NCBI GenBank assembly: GCA_012295275.1
Contig: CM022666.1
Coordinates: 6,448,001 to 6,512,000 of the forward strand
Source: Chrysomallon squamiferum
Taxonomy: Eukaryota > Animalia > Mollusca
Length of the DNA stretch: 64,000 bases
Direction: 5' to 3'
In this document: one piece after another, positions 25,801 through 39,934 of the stretch
Layout: each line of letters starts with the position of its first letter
Numbering within the stretch: position 1 is the first letter of the stretch
The notes under the pieces: model-generated
Told to the model about the DNA's origin: nothing
The model's database searches: none
The model's input: the letters and a program-made list of their open reading frames with translations, nothing else
Made by a program: the position numbers and the translations under genes

Positions 25801-28509
25801 ATTGCTTTGATAAAATTAATAATTGCGAAGTTCAGTTGTAAATGGAAATCTTTTAGTATTAAGCTATAATAGGATATATTGAATGTAGTATATAATTATT
25901 TTAAGAAATCAATTTGCTTTCAAGATAAAGAAGTTGGTATCAAAGTTGCATTTTTAGTTAAGCTTGAAATCCACTGATGTTGCATATAATATAGTTGTAA
26001 AATATCCCTTCATGAATATGCAATCTGTCTGTAAAATGTAAATGTTGAATATTTAAAAACCTAATCCACATTTTCTTCATTATCTAGTGGGGGAAAAACC
26101 AAAACAAAATATAAAAAATAAAAATAATATTATTGTGCAACATACCATAGATTTTTAAAAAAATGTTCAGAAATATGAAAATAGTTGGTTTTTTTGTTGT
26201 TTGTTTTTTGAATTTTTGAATTTATTTCATAAATAATAAAATTGAAACATGGTTTGAACATCAGTGATAGTTACATAAAAAAAACAAGTTATAAAGTGGG
26301 TTTTTTTAATTTTATTTATTATTTTATTACTATTATTTATTATTATTTTTAAATACTTAGCTAGATGTACAGATTTATATTAAAAGTAAATAAATAAGAT
26401 TATTTTAACTTTTATGCTTATATCAGATTAGACTTGTTTTAAAAATAGACATTTCTTACATCAATTAAGGATTATTTGAGTTGTATGAAGAAACATACAG
26501 TTTCATTATTTCTGTGTCCATGTTGAACATTGTTAATTTGATAATAAAATAACTAACCATTGTAAAGATTACCTATAATTTTTTTTTTTTTTAATTTTTT
26601 TCATGGCTGTATAAACTTTTCTACCGAAATGCTATGTCCACACATCAGAGATATAGTTTAAATGTCTATTAACTGTAATGTTCAGAATACTGCCATGAAA
26701 TTTTGCATCTGTGAGCGAAAAGAATTACAAAAATTATTTTGTGCACAACAGTGAAATATTCTATGTAGATAATATGTAAATAAGAAATAATTTAAAGATT
26801 CATTGCCAATTATAACAAACAATGTACTTCATAATGTAAGTTTATGAAAATGAAGATTGAAAATAATTATTATTACAAAGTATTTTATATTGCTCCATCT
26901 TTATGAAGATAAAATTTGTTGGTGTAACTATTTGAAAACTACACATTTATGAATGTATTGGTTATTAAACATAAAGCTTTTGTAGGTATTGAAACTAGAT
27001 TATTAAAAGGAAGAAAAAAAATAAGTCACAAAAAATACATATTTTTTTAAGACGTCCAAATTTATTTTGATTTTAATTTTTTTAAGTTTTAAAATGTTTT
27101 ATCTTGATATCTAATGAAATCTATTTAAAAACGAATGTTGCATTGAAAAGCAGTCATCTGGATTGCTCAGTACTATTTTATTTTTTGGCTATATATATAT
27201 ATATATATATATCATGTTTTCATTGTGGGATGTATATTATAAGAATTTGTTTTGTTATAGCTTTTTTCTTTGCGTTATTTTGTATATATGAATTAATGTG
27301 TTACTTCCATGAGGGGACTGCACATTTTGGAAAAGAAATAAAAAATATTTATCTCATTTTGGATCTTCAGTTATTTTATTAGAAGAAAAATAGTTTCTCA
27401 TTAGAACAATCCAAAATAAAAATAAATTTTGTTATCCTTCAAATTCAAAATAAATCTACACAAGTATAAATTATCAAAATAAAATCTATGCAAGTATAAA
27501 TTGTTAATTTTATTCCTTTATTTTACTTAACAGTTGAAAACTTGTTTTGAACCATCTACTACCTTATCATTGGTGATCAAACACATTTGATGCAGGCTTC
27601 CAATATCTGATGTTTTTAAGTTTAATGGTGCCAACAAATGACAATGTTTATTCAGGATATTTGCTAATAATAAATAAACCATTTGTCAAATTAAATAAAT
27701 ATAGATGTTGCATCTTTTCACAGTTCATGAATACAACAGAAGTGTTTAATTGTAGTTGAAATAATCATTATTCTGCATCTATCTAATATCTGTGGAATAC
27801 ATTGTAAAATCAGTTCACAACTGAACACAAAATATTTATTAAAGTTTATTTGAATCATTACTTCAACCACTCACGTAAATGAGATGTTTTGAGTACAGAT
27901 CAGTCAACAAGATTTTTAACCAATGTCCAAACAAATATTCCTTAGCAGAAAATATTCTTAACCTTTCATTTATTTCTCAAACAAATGCATGAAAATTTTA
28001 CAATGAACTTTCTTAATAATCTGCATTAATTTAACATCTGTACAGGAAGTTTTGCTGAAATTGTCATAAATTATTTACAAGAGTAACATCAAGTGAAAAA
28101 AAAAATATATATATTACAAAATTCATTCTGGGTTGAAATTGCCTTGCTGGCATTTCCAATTACAATTAATTGTTTTTTTCTTCATTTTTTCCCCAAAATA
28201 AATCATTAATAAATTCGGTGACTAATCTGAAATGAACACAAGCTTGCTGCTAATAATATACTTTATACACAAACATACATCACGCAATTAAAAAAAATAA
28301 TTGCATGTATATTGATATATTTATGAGTGAAAAAAAAAAAATCTATTTCTTAATATTTATTTTTTCGTTCTAAATTCATGTCTACATTTGTAAACACAGA
28401 GTCAGAAATTAAGAAGTTTAAGGAATCAAATCATGTCCTGAACCAAAAAAATGAAATTTATCAACAGCTGTTTTCAAGGCAAATATTTTTTTGCTTTTTG
28501 TTTGTGTTT

Positions 28510-31351
28510 TTACTTCTTTCTTCCACCTCTTTCCTTCATAAGAAGCTGTACTGTGGAACCATTAACAAAATTGTAGAAGGCCAGGGAATTTGAATCTTTG
28601 ATGAACAGACCCTAAAATAGATACAAAAATTAAATTAATTTCAACAAACTGAATTTATAGATAAAAAAAACAAGAAATACAAATCTGAATAAAATTAACA
28701 TCAATATTAATGAACAAAAAAAAACCCATACCTCTACAAGCATATATGTTTTTATTTTTAATTATAACCATCACAAATACAATTTTATATCATTTGCTAA
28801 AGCTTTATTATGAAACATGTTTATTAAAGCAGTGAAAACAAAGAAAACCATAGGTTTGTTTGTATGCAGTATCTGCCTACCTCATACTGGAGTTTCTGTT
28901 TACCAGCAGGCATTCCAATGGCTTCATGCAGCTTAGCCTTAATAACAGATACCTAGAAAAAATAACATGAAGAAATATATAAATACAATATATTTATGAA
29001 AAGGTGAAGATAACTGTTTCTTTTCTTCTGATGACAATTCTTAGACAATTTTGTAGCTTTTTTTTTTTTTTTTTTCTTTTTCTTTCCTTAAGGATAATTT
29101 AATGATATTTAAACAAAAAACAAAAAATAATAATAATAAAAAATAAAAAGACACTGCCCCTCTTAAAAAAAACCCAGAAAACAATCCACAATTTAACAAA
29201 TTATTATCTTTTCTTCTTCCAAAATAACATTTATCAGGCATATTTTTGGTTATTAACTGACATTTGTTTGTTTTACATTGGAGATATGAACAATGTAATA
29301 TCAGTTCTGTTGTTTTATGAAGAAGGTGCCAGTTCCCATTCTGATACTTACAGTGTCTGTGAGTGGCAGAGTGAAGTCCAGTTTCTGTCCATTGAGTTTC
29401 CATTCTGGTTTGTCAGACACATGAGGTACCAGCACTTTGAATCGGACTGGCCCCTGAAATAAAACAATTTTATATTCTATTATTTAATGCATCCTGGACA
29501 AGATCTTTCATGACTTACTTTTGTCAAATATAAATATAACAAGACTGAAAATAATTTTGCCAAATAGAATAATAAATACATTTTAAAATAATTTATTTGA
29601 TTTGCAAACATCTTAAATTTAATAAGTTAAAAAAGAAAGCAAAAAAAAGCAAGTAAGTAAATAAATAAACAAACAAATAAAGAACTAATTAAATACATAA
29701 GTAAGAAATTAAATAAATACATACATACATACATACATACATACATACATACATACATACATACATACATACATACATACATACATACATACATAAATAA
29801 ATACATACATAAGCAAATAAATGAGTAACTAATTAAATAAATAAGAAAATAAATATATAAATAAATAAATAATTAACTGAACTGTGTTTCAAAAATACTG
29901 AAAATAAATCCCATAATGAAATCTTCATCACTTCACTAATTTGATTAAACATAAAAACCTTGTTTCTCTTAAGGAACTGTTCTTCGGGGATAAGGTTATC
30001 CTCTGTCTTCGTCTTCTTAGTTGGGGGCTCTTCCTCGTGAGGTGGGGGTGGTGGCCTGGGCGGAGGAAGTGGGTGTCCCATGCGTGGTCCATATCCTGGT
30101 GGTCCTGGAGGAGCTGGAGGACCAGGTGGCAATGGAGGACCTGGAGGTCCCATTCTCATTGGAGGCCTCATTTGTGGAGAACCAAGCCCTGGAAAATAAT
30201 TGTAAATTAAACTTGTAAATCAATTACTACAAAAACTATTTCATATCTACTTGTGAGAAAATTTTATAGGCTGAGGTTGAGCAAAATGTTTTTGTTTTTA
30301 TTTTTAAAGTGTCTCCACGACTATACAAAAACACTCCCAAAAAACAGCAATGTCTGAAACAAAATCTTTATTTATACAAAATGGAAAAAAAAAAAAAAAA
30401 AAGGAACACAAAAAACCTTCACAATAGAATAAACAGAAAATAAACAAATAAATAATGATAATAATTATTAAAAGTTGTAAAATAAAGTAGCATGATGATG
30501 ATGATGATGAAAAGAAGACTAAGAAGAAGAAGAATGACATTAACTGACAGCTAAACTTTATCTTACCCATCATCATTGGAGGTGGTCTTGGATGCATCAC
30601 CATCAACCCTCCCTGGGGAGGCATTCCTCCTTGTGGTGGCATCGGCACAGGCGGCCGCATCTGTTGCTGATGATGTCCAGGTTGTGGAGGAGGTGGGGGT
30701 TTCTGGGGTTGTGGTCCTGCCTGGATTGACGATGCTGTTGTCTGTGGGGGCTGGGAAGGAAGGGGAGGTGCTGATTTTGGTAATGGAGGGGCACCTGACT
30801 TGGGCATGGTGGGCCCAATTTTTTCCTTTTCTTCATCTGGCCTGGAAAATGAAAAAACAAATAAAAATTAAAAAATTATAAATTTTTAGCTGGATGCTTC
30901 ATTCTGTCATAAACAGTTGTTCATAATGGTTACTTTTATCAAATCACACAACAAAGAAAGAAATATGATATGATATAATGAAGGGGATAATTTTATCAGA
31001 TGAAAAACCATCTTTAAAGTATATCCATTCTAGATATTATAAGGAATTTTTTTCATTTTTTTAAAATTTTAGGATTGATTTTATTAAATATTACCAAATG
31101 AAGAACTATCTTTGAAATATATCCATACTAGATTTTATTTGATTTTTTAAATTATTATTTAAAAAAGAAATATATATATAAAATGAAATACAACTTACAC
31201 TAAGCCTTTCACTTTGTGTATTGTGGCAATTTGTTCTTCAATGGAGATGTTCTCTCTGGCTCTCTGAGACACTTTCTCCATGGATGCTGTGTGCCCATCC
31301 CACACAATCTTAGACCGTTCCTTTTTATCTTCTTCACCAATCTGAAACACG

Positions 31352-31382
<31 letters not shown>

Positions 31383-33647
31383 TAATAATAATAATAACAA
31401 CAGTAACTGTAGTAGTAATAGTAATAACAATAATAATGGTAATGATGATGAGTATGATGAAAATAAAGATAACAATAATTGTAGTAATAGCAGTAGTAGT
31501 AGTAATAAAAAAAAAAAGGAATAATAATGATGATAATAATAACAAATTCCACATCAAACAGGCTGTCTAGATTATTTCAAGTCTGAGAACTCTCATGATT
31601 TTCAACATTCCTAAAATTTACCATTTTTAATTTCAAAATTTATCTTATTAAAAAAAAACATCCAACAAGAAAGGGCAAAAAAAACCCATAGAAAAAGAAT
31701 AATTACTGAAAACATTATGTATACTATTCCAAATGTAACGTCATTCAATAATAAAATTCGTGAAAACACGACCAGTGCCTGGTTTCCACCTAACGTACCT
31801 TTTTACCAATCTGTGTTTCTTCAGTACCGATACCAAAGATGTCGGTTCTTCTTTCTGCCAGCTGTTTCAAATTGATGTCAATGGCAGAACCTGCAGCATA
31901 AACCTCCTCTTGGTCTTTCTTTTCCTCTATAGTTCTCTGTCGTTCTTCCATCCACTTAGGATTCAGCAAGCCTGGATTATGTGAATTTTATTTTAAAAGT
32001 TATAATTTCCGTACAATATTCCAGTACATACTGATTTGTTAAGCAGATAAATAAATGATTGTTGAAACATACTTTGACACTTTTTTAATGACTGAAATTT
32101 GCAACAGTGTTAGTTTGTTAAGAATGTTAATAAAAAAAATGAATATTTATTGAATTGTGTCTTAACGCTTTCTGTGATTAATATTTTTAGGTTTATGCAT
32201 ATAATTTTGATAAAATTGAGATGAATGGAAATCCACTGCATTTTCAAGTACTGACTACTGTTTCTGATTATGAGCAAGAAATTACACACATACACTTTGT
32301 CATTAACTGGAAAAACCATATATCACAGGATATACCAGTCATGTGGTAAGGACTGTTATCTATATCAGTGTATTTCTTTATTATCTATACAACTTGAAAT
32401 TTGCTATATATTAATGTCACTGACATAACTACATTAGAAAATTACTAATTATATTTGTCTAATTAATTAACATACCGATTCGCATGTGTTCCTGTACTTT
32501 GGCTGCAGGTATTTTTTCACCTGTGATAGGTGAAATCATGTACTGATCAGGCATTGTCTCTCCACCAAGAGCATGAGCTGAAATAATAATAATACAAATA
32601 GTAGTAGTAGTAACAGTAATAGTAGCAATAATAATGATAACAGTAATAAAATAATAGTAATAATAATAATAAATATTAAAAAAAAAAAAAATTGATACAA
32701 TAATATTCAGGTATTAAAAATTTAGAAATATTTTATCCCAAAAATAAAAATTGAATTTTAACTGAAGAAATTCATTATCATTATCACCAACAATAATATG
32801 GTAGAAACAATATTATTTTACAGAATATTACTTTTAAATATATATACGTACATTTAGGATTATAATCCTTTCTAATGATAACCTGATCAGGCGTAGGGGG
32901 CAAAGGTGGAGCCTCTGTTGGAGGTGGGGGTGGGGGTGGAGGTGGGGCAGGTTTTAGCTGATTTGTTTTTGCTGCCTCATCCTCCCCTTCTGAATCTTCC
33001 TCCATGTCCTGAAAAAATAAAAAAATAAAAAATAAAATAAAATAAAATAATCAAATCAATCAACCAATCAGTCAATTGATAGATAAATTTTAAACATAAC
33101 AGAACTGCTTATGAAAAAGTTTAGATGCAAATTTTTAAACAATTCAGTTCCTGCTATACATGACACTAATATTTAGAGTAAAGTTTATTTCAGGAACATG
33201 TCAGGAATAAATAACAAAGTATTATTAAATAACATTAATAAAAAAAAACAAAAAAGAAAGAAAGGTTAAATAATAATGATAATGATGTTTATGTCAGTGG
33301 TCACAGAGAATACAAAATGGAGAAAAAGAAGCAAAATTGGATAAAACAGTTGTTACTGGTTTACTAATGTGTATTTTTAAATGAGAACACGACCAACAAA
33401 TTTATTTGTGATACTCACTTCAATCTGTGTTTCTGGAACATGTATAGGAGGAGCTGGCATAGGAGTAGGATTAGGTTTCTCAGGCAGAGTCTCCTTCTGC
33501 TTATGTTTGTCCTCGTCATCTTCTTCTTCATCGGATTCCACCTCCATTTCGACCTCTGCTTCAATCTGAACCAGGTCCAAATGATAAAATGTATTTTAAA
33601 TTTAAATAAAAGTAAACACTATCACACCAGTAGAAAAACTAAAACAA

Positions 33648-33699
<52 letters not shown>

Positions 33700-36600
33700 A
33701 ATAAATGAAATAAAAATTTAAAAATAAAAAGGAATAATTTAATAAAATCGATGAGGGTTAAGAAAAGAGTTAAACAGACTATAAAATCAACTCCACTAAT
33801 TTTGCACATATTTTTCTTTTCTTATTCTGACCAAGGTCAGAGTATTAAATCAGTACTAAACTTTAAAAGTATTAAGGATGTATTTAAATAAAGTTGTATT
33901 AGATACCAGTTTGGTGTGGACTTTTTAATAAGTTTATTTCTAAAACAGACAAATGATGAGAAACTAAATCTAAATTATGATCAATGCTGCAAATATTTAT
34001 CTTTCACTGTTTGTGCATAAAAAATATACATTATCCTAAGCTTTTATCAGTCATCACCTATTAACTAGTACAAGATCACAAAAAGCATTTTTCAACAGTA
34101 TAATGTTGCTTTTGATAATCTACACGTTAGAAAAACTAATGAGTTGTTAAATAAAAACATTTACAATTCTTGATTTACTTTTGAAAAGGTTACCAATAAT
34201 TGTCAATAAATAAAATAGAGGAACGTAATATTAAATTATCAATAAATAATATAGAGGAATGTAATATTAAATTACCTCTCCTCTTTCGTATCTTTCCTGC
34301 TGAAGAGCTCTTGCACCAACTTCATCGGGATTGGTTGGAGGGGGGAGATTTCCTGAAAAAAAAAAAAAGAGGAAGAATTACAAATGATTCAGAATAAAAT
34401 ATATTTATTACTCTAATTTTGATAATTATAATATTTATTTTATTAAAAGTTATCAAATATGTATTATTTAAAACTTTTAAACTAAAGGATTATTTGAAAG
34501 AAAGATTCTGGGTCTTGTTTTGTTTTTTTAAATATATTAATAATTAAAAATTACATGAAATAAAAATGATAAATGGTGGTCACAAAATAGACAAATAGAA
34601 AATTATAAAAAAAGAAAGAAAAAATAACCTCCAAAAACAATGCAAATACATCATTTGCTTACCTTTTATATTTATATTTATAAATTTTAATTTTTTTTCT
34701 TACCTCCTTCATTGGGTTGGAAGTCTACTGTCTCTACTACAACAAAGTCATGCCAATCAATCTGTGAATATGCAACTGAAAAAAAATACTTATTTTTAGT
34801 AACAAAGTAGTTAAATGCAAAACTCGAGATATAACTAATTTATATACTTCTGTGTGGTAATAAAAAAAGTTACCTTTTATTGGTTGGTAAATATTTTTTA
34901 TGTAATTAGAATCAGTTCCTGGTCATAAAAACGTTTTTATACAAAATCCACACAGCATTCTATTATAATTATCTTAAAACAATAAATAAATAAATAAATA
35001 AAATTTAAAAATTTAAATAGTTATTCTGACATAAAATGTTCAAACCTCGTTCTTTCTCAATTTTTTCTTCTTCCTTTCTTTTTTCCCGATCTTGGTATTT
35101 TGCCCACTCAACTCTGTATTTCACAGCATCCAGAACCTATGAATATACATAGTAAGACAGTAAATAAAAATTAAAGATTTAGAAAATATCAATCAGAAAC
35201 TGAGATAAAAACAAAAACTTTTTAACTTCTATTTGGACATATGGGTAAGAAACAATTTAATCAAAATAAAGAAGAAAAAAAAAGTATCAGTGTGGTATTT
35301 TGGTGATAATTAAGTGTCAAAATTCTGTATATACTCAAACAGCCAGAGTAATCAATACTTCACAACCGTATTTCCAGCCTATCAGAAATTACCTCGTGAG
35401 GAGAAAAACTCCAGAATCTACGAGTTATCACAGACATTTAACATATTTATATTTTTAATAAAAAACATTTTGTCAAAAACATATTGCCACTGCAAACAAT
35501 ACTCAGAATAATGTCATACTTTCAGCTATTCCAAAGAGTAAAAAATGGAGAAAAATTCCAGAATCTATGAATTATGACATACATTTAATACTTTTATTAT
35601 CAAAGACGTGTTTTACTTTATTATCAATAAAGGTTGGTATTGAAGAAAAAACAGCAGATTACAGGCCTTATTATTATTTTTTTGTCATTTTGTTTTAGTA
35701 ATTAATCTAAAGACAACCAACCATTCACATGGAGGTATGTAAAAGAAAATTATATTACTTTTTTCAGACACTAAAGAAGCATTTTATATTTTAATTTTCT
35801 CAATTTATTTTATAATGTTAAAGACTTTGACTAACTTCTTTGTGTGATTCTGCTTCTCTCTTCAACTTTTCTCTCATGTTCTTTGGTGGAATCAGAATCT
35901 GAAATAACATTAACAACATTTAAAACATCATATTAAAAACAGTGAAATAAAAATTTAAAAATAACCAAAACTGTTGTAAATATTTAGAAATGTTAATAAA
36001 CTACATGATCTTTTGTCTGCAAGATATTATTTATGTATAAAATAACAATTTGTTTTTTAAAAATTTCCATTCCAAATGATAGAAATACTTGTTTAATTTT
36101 GTTTTTGTTTTTATTAATGAAACTTACATATCAGACATATTATAAAGACAGATCAAATAAAGCAAAATAATTATACAGTTAAAGAAATAAATTAAAAAAA
36201 TGAAAAAAATATCTGAATATACAAGAACAAATATAAAATTTTGTTAATACAGTAATTTGAATTATGCATGTACATCCATCTAGTATTAGACCATTAAAAC
36301 ATTATTACTTTAAGAAAATGTCTTAACTATTTACTTATCTTATGAAAAGTTATTATTTTGTTGATTTTTATGAGTTCTCCATTATTATTATTATTTTTTT
36401 TTTTTATCAAGTTACTGAATTTATGAATTCACTGGAATTATATTTAGCTGAATTTTGGCCAGACTTTCTTTTAAAACAATGTCATTCTTATTTTTTACAA
36501 TATATATGCAATGCCATCTAAGGAAATTTCTTAATAAACAAAGGTTTTGCTTCTATACCTTAGTGTACTGTTCCACTAGTTTAGTGAAGTAGCTGAACAG

Positions 36601-38644
36601 GCTATGTTGAGGCCTCAAAAAGTCAAAGAGATAGTTTCGCTGTTCTCTTTGCATAACTGTTGTCAGAAACTGACGTCCGTTTCGAGCGACAAACTGTGCT
36701 GTCAGTTTGACTATATCCCTGAAATAAAAGAAGACATTTTCATTTACAGATATTTATTTTGAATGCAGTCCATCTAGAAATAATGTAACATTTCAAGTTT
36801 TTCCTTTAAGATTAAGAATTAAAATGTACAGACTGCTACTAAATGGATGTTTGTGTAGAACATAATATTCAGCTTAACTTGCCATTAAGATTTCTTTTAT
36901 GAATAAATTATTAATGATCGTTTTTAACTATTAACCTCTGCATACACTCTGATACTGCATGTGACCATGTCACTGAGATTTGTATTTTTATTTCAGTAAA
37001 ACTACAGTTTTCATAATTAACAATGTTATTATAAACACCTGAAAATGTAGCAAAGTAATTATAATAAATCATTTTTATCCTTTTTTTCTCTTTATTATTA
37101 TTATTATATCGGTCTTACATAAATTATTTTTCTTTTTCTGTTATTCTTATAGTTATAAAAAAATTCTTTAAATTTTGTAAACACAGCAATAAAAATACTA
37201 ACAAATCATATGCAGATATTGATGGTGGGTCAGCCACAAATTCAAATTCTGGGGGTGGATCCTTAGGGACAAAAGTCTCTGCTATTTTACTTTGTTCCTG
37301 TTGAGCCTTAACTGAAGACAGAAATCCAACCTAAATAAAAAAAAAAAAAAAGTACAAATAATAAAGAAAAATAACAACTTTGTTTTTATTTCAAGTCAAT
37401 ATAAAGTAATAATTTATTTCAACTATATAGATTAAATTCATATAAATGAATAAAACAGTTAAAACAGACATTGAACAGGCAATGTTATTAATAAATTACT
37501 AGTTAAAAATTACTACACAACTTAGAATTTAAGATAATTATTATATGTTAATCTTAATGTTGACATTTTTTTCACAGTATTTGGCTTCTAAAAATAAATC
37601 TCTTACCTTTTCCTTTTTAATCTATTTAAATTTACTGATCAAAGTCAGCTGACAATTCCACTAAAAAAAATTAATAACATTTTGACATAACAAACTTTTT
37701 GGAACAAAAATAATCAGTAAGACAGAAATACCTTTGGAGCTTGTGGTTCTTGACCTGTTGAAAAGGAAAAAAAAAAAAACAATTATTACTCTGACAGTAA
37801 AGACATTCAACATCAATAAAATGATTCTTTCATGTATGAAGTACAATGAAATTTAATAAAATATAAATTTTTTGTTGTCTGTCATATATATTATAAATTA
37901 ATAAACATTCAAGGGCAATTATATATATATATATATTATTATATAACATCATACATAAATTATATATATAACCTGAAAGAATGCTAAAAAAAAATGGTAT
38001 TTTTACAGATTGTTTGTATGGGGTTCTTTTTGGTCAATATACTGACCTTTGCCCTCTTTAAACTCTTTGACTTTATGTTGGTAGTAAGCATGATAGGCAT
38101 CTGTTGGAGTCAGAAAGTTGAATTTGGTATTGTTCACTTCATTTTGACGAATACGATTCTCAAACTCTGGTCCATTTCTGGCTACAAAACTAGCAGTTTT
38201 GTCAACAATATCTAGCAGGGTTAAAGACACATAAAGTATGCATGCAGGATCTTATTCGTAATAAAAATTTGCTTTTATTTCTTTTCTGCCTTACCTGTAT
38301 TTTGTAAATTTATTATATTTCAGAGAAAGTCTCAGAAACAAAAGCGACAAGATGAATTTGCAAGTTTATTAAATAAACTTAATATTTTTAAAGCATTTAT
38401 TTCAACATCCAATTACTAGTCATTTAGACTTTTTAGGTTAATGAGACCAAAGTAATGGAAAATCTAGTTATCAATGTAAACTTTATTTAGTTTATATAAT
38501 TCTGATTTTATGAACGCCGACTTTTGAATCAAGGATACTTCTTACTTCAGGAGGAGGATATATAATGCCTATTACAGGCTTAGTGAATGTTTCTTCAGGT
38601 GGCGCTTCTTCGATGGAAGGTCTCTGCACGTCTATAGACGGCAT
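28510..38644 (-). CDS. SF3A1: Splicing factor 3A subunit 1 (SF3a120/Prp21), ~795 aa, 19 exons
   Basis: Exons (minus) 38644-38539, 38211-38047, 37754-37732, 37330-37203, 36718-36559, 35898-35836, 35136-35046, 34775-34704, 34352-34276, 33565-33419, 33008-32852, 32577-32476, 31971-31799, 31341-31199, 30841-30567, 30188-29959, 29453-29352, 28952-28881, 28611-28510. Two SURP domains (IVDKTASFVARNGPEFE; IVKLTAQFVARNGRQFL), YSQIDWHDFVVVETVDF, Pro-rich region, ubiquitin-like domain ending KERGGRKK. Confidence 0.97.
29717..29810. repeat. (TACA)n microsatellite
   Basis: Tetranucleotide run in SF3A1 intron 16. Confidence 0.95.
38212..38538 (-). other. SF3A1: U12-type (minor spliceosome) GT-AG intron, SF3A1 intron 1
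   Basis: 5' end is GTATCCTT; branch-point-like TCTTTAAC (38227-38220) lies 8 nt from the exon with no polypyrimidine tract; splicing restores PPPEVR-N-IVDKTA. Confidence 0.9.
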
Positions 38645-38970
38645 TTTGCTACTACGATCTTACTTCTATCCCGTTAACTTGTAAACTTAAAAGATTTGTT
38701 TTTTCCCAAAATCGAACAAAAAATATGGAGGACAGAAGGGAAATAACTCTGTTCTTAAAATGGTAACGAAAGAGTTTTTGGAAATCGAGACATATTATAA
38801 TGTGAATCTCGCGAGAACTGGACCTCACTATTTTTGTTTACCTGCTGCTTGGATCCGCGATGTCTGATGTATCACACTGATATTCGTTTTGTGTTTCACG
38901 CTGTTCATGCATTGTCTTTTGCTAACATTTTAATACGTCTTTTATTGCTAGTACCTTGCAAATTATAAAG
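38645..38970. promoter_or_regulatory. Bidirectional promoter SF3A1/ZBBX and probable non-coding first exon of ZBBX
   Basis: Divergent ATGs 626 bp apart; palindrome TCTCGCGAGA at 38807-38816; forkhead-like TGTTTAC at 38835-38841; donor AAG|GTGAGT at 38970/38971 and acceptor CAACAG at 39244 define a 5'UTR intron. Confidence 0.7.
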
Positions 38971-39191
38971 GTGAGTTCATATATTAAAAAATATTATTTT
39001 TCATTTCTTCATTATCAAGAGACAGATACACTGACTGTAACTTTTAAGTGTAAAGTAAACTCAAAATTAATGAAAATATAATTATTATTAGTTCCTTCAT
39101 TCCGGTTATTGAGCTGAATACATTTTATTATTATTACTATTATTATTTTGTGTATGGTTTATAGAACATGCATATATATTTTTTTCACTTG

Positions 39192-39222
<31 letters not shown>

Positions 39223-39269
39223 TAAGATTACATATCTTCAACAGATATTAATACAATAATAGAACCAAA

Positions 39270-39903
39270 ATGTCTGGATTTAATACATCAAGTCGTCGTT
39301 CAGAAGATGTTTCTCTGAAATTACGAGCTCAGTGAGTATCTTTTTATATAACATTTTCTTTTCACTTTTTTTTTTAAGATTGACCCATGAGATGCATTTT
39401 CATGTTTATTTTTTTATATATTATCATATCAAACTGTTGTTACATATCAAATTGTTGTTACATAGCATATTTATTGAAAATGCATAATTTCAATAAAAAA
39501 TAAATATAAATTTGTTCCAAAGCATCATTCTTGTACTGATGCGTTGTTAAAAGCAAAACCTTTATTTAATAAAATTCAACCTTTAGATCAAATTTGAAAC
39601 ATTTCAGGGATTCTGCAGGCACAGGAAAAGTTAGAGACATCAAAGAAAAGTCAGTGATGTTTAGATTTTGAACTTAAAGTGTGCCATTGGTGTTATATTA
39701 AAAACAGCAACTCAAACATTTTTTTTTAATTTTTTTTTTTTTTTTAATAAATATTAATTAATAAGGAAATATGATAAACTGAGAATGCACTAAAATGGAG
39801 AATGAAATTTTCCATGATATTTTCTATTAGTATTGTATGTATTTATATGTATGTTGTATGTTTCTCTATGGTGTGTAGGTAGGTATGTACATATGTTTGT
39901 GTT

Positions 39904-39934
<31 letters not shown>

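Noticed and set aside
22835-28509. Hidden gene or ncRNA between convergent TM9SF2 and SF3A1
   Set aside because: No coherent exon chain or recognisable RNA motif found; consistent with long 3'UTRs. An Rfam search would be needed to exclude small RNAs.
29941-30881. Plus-strand and alternative-frame ORFs over SF3A1 exons 15-16
   Set aside because: Shadows of Pro-rich, GC-rich coding sequence.
38750-38770. RFX X-box for ZBBX (GTTCTT...GGTAAC)
   Set aside because: Only one good half-site and the spacer is too long for the consensus.
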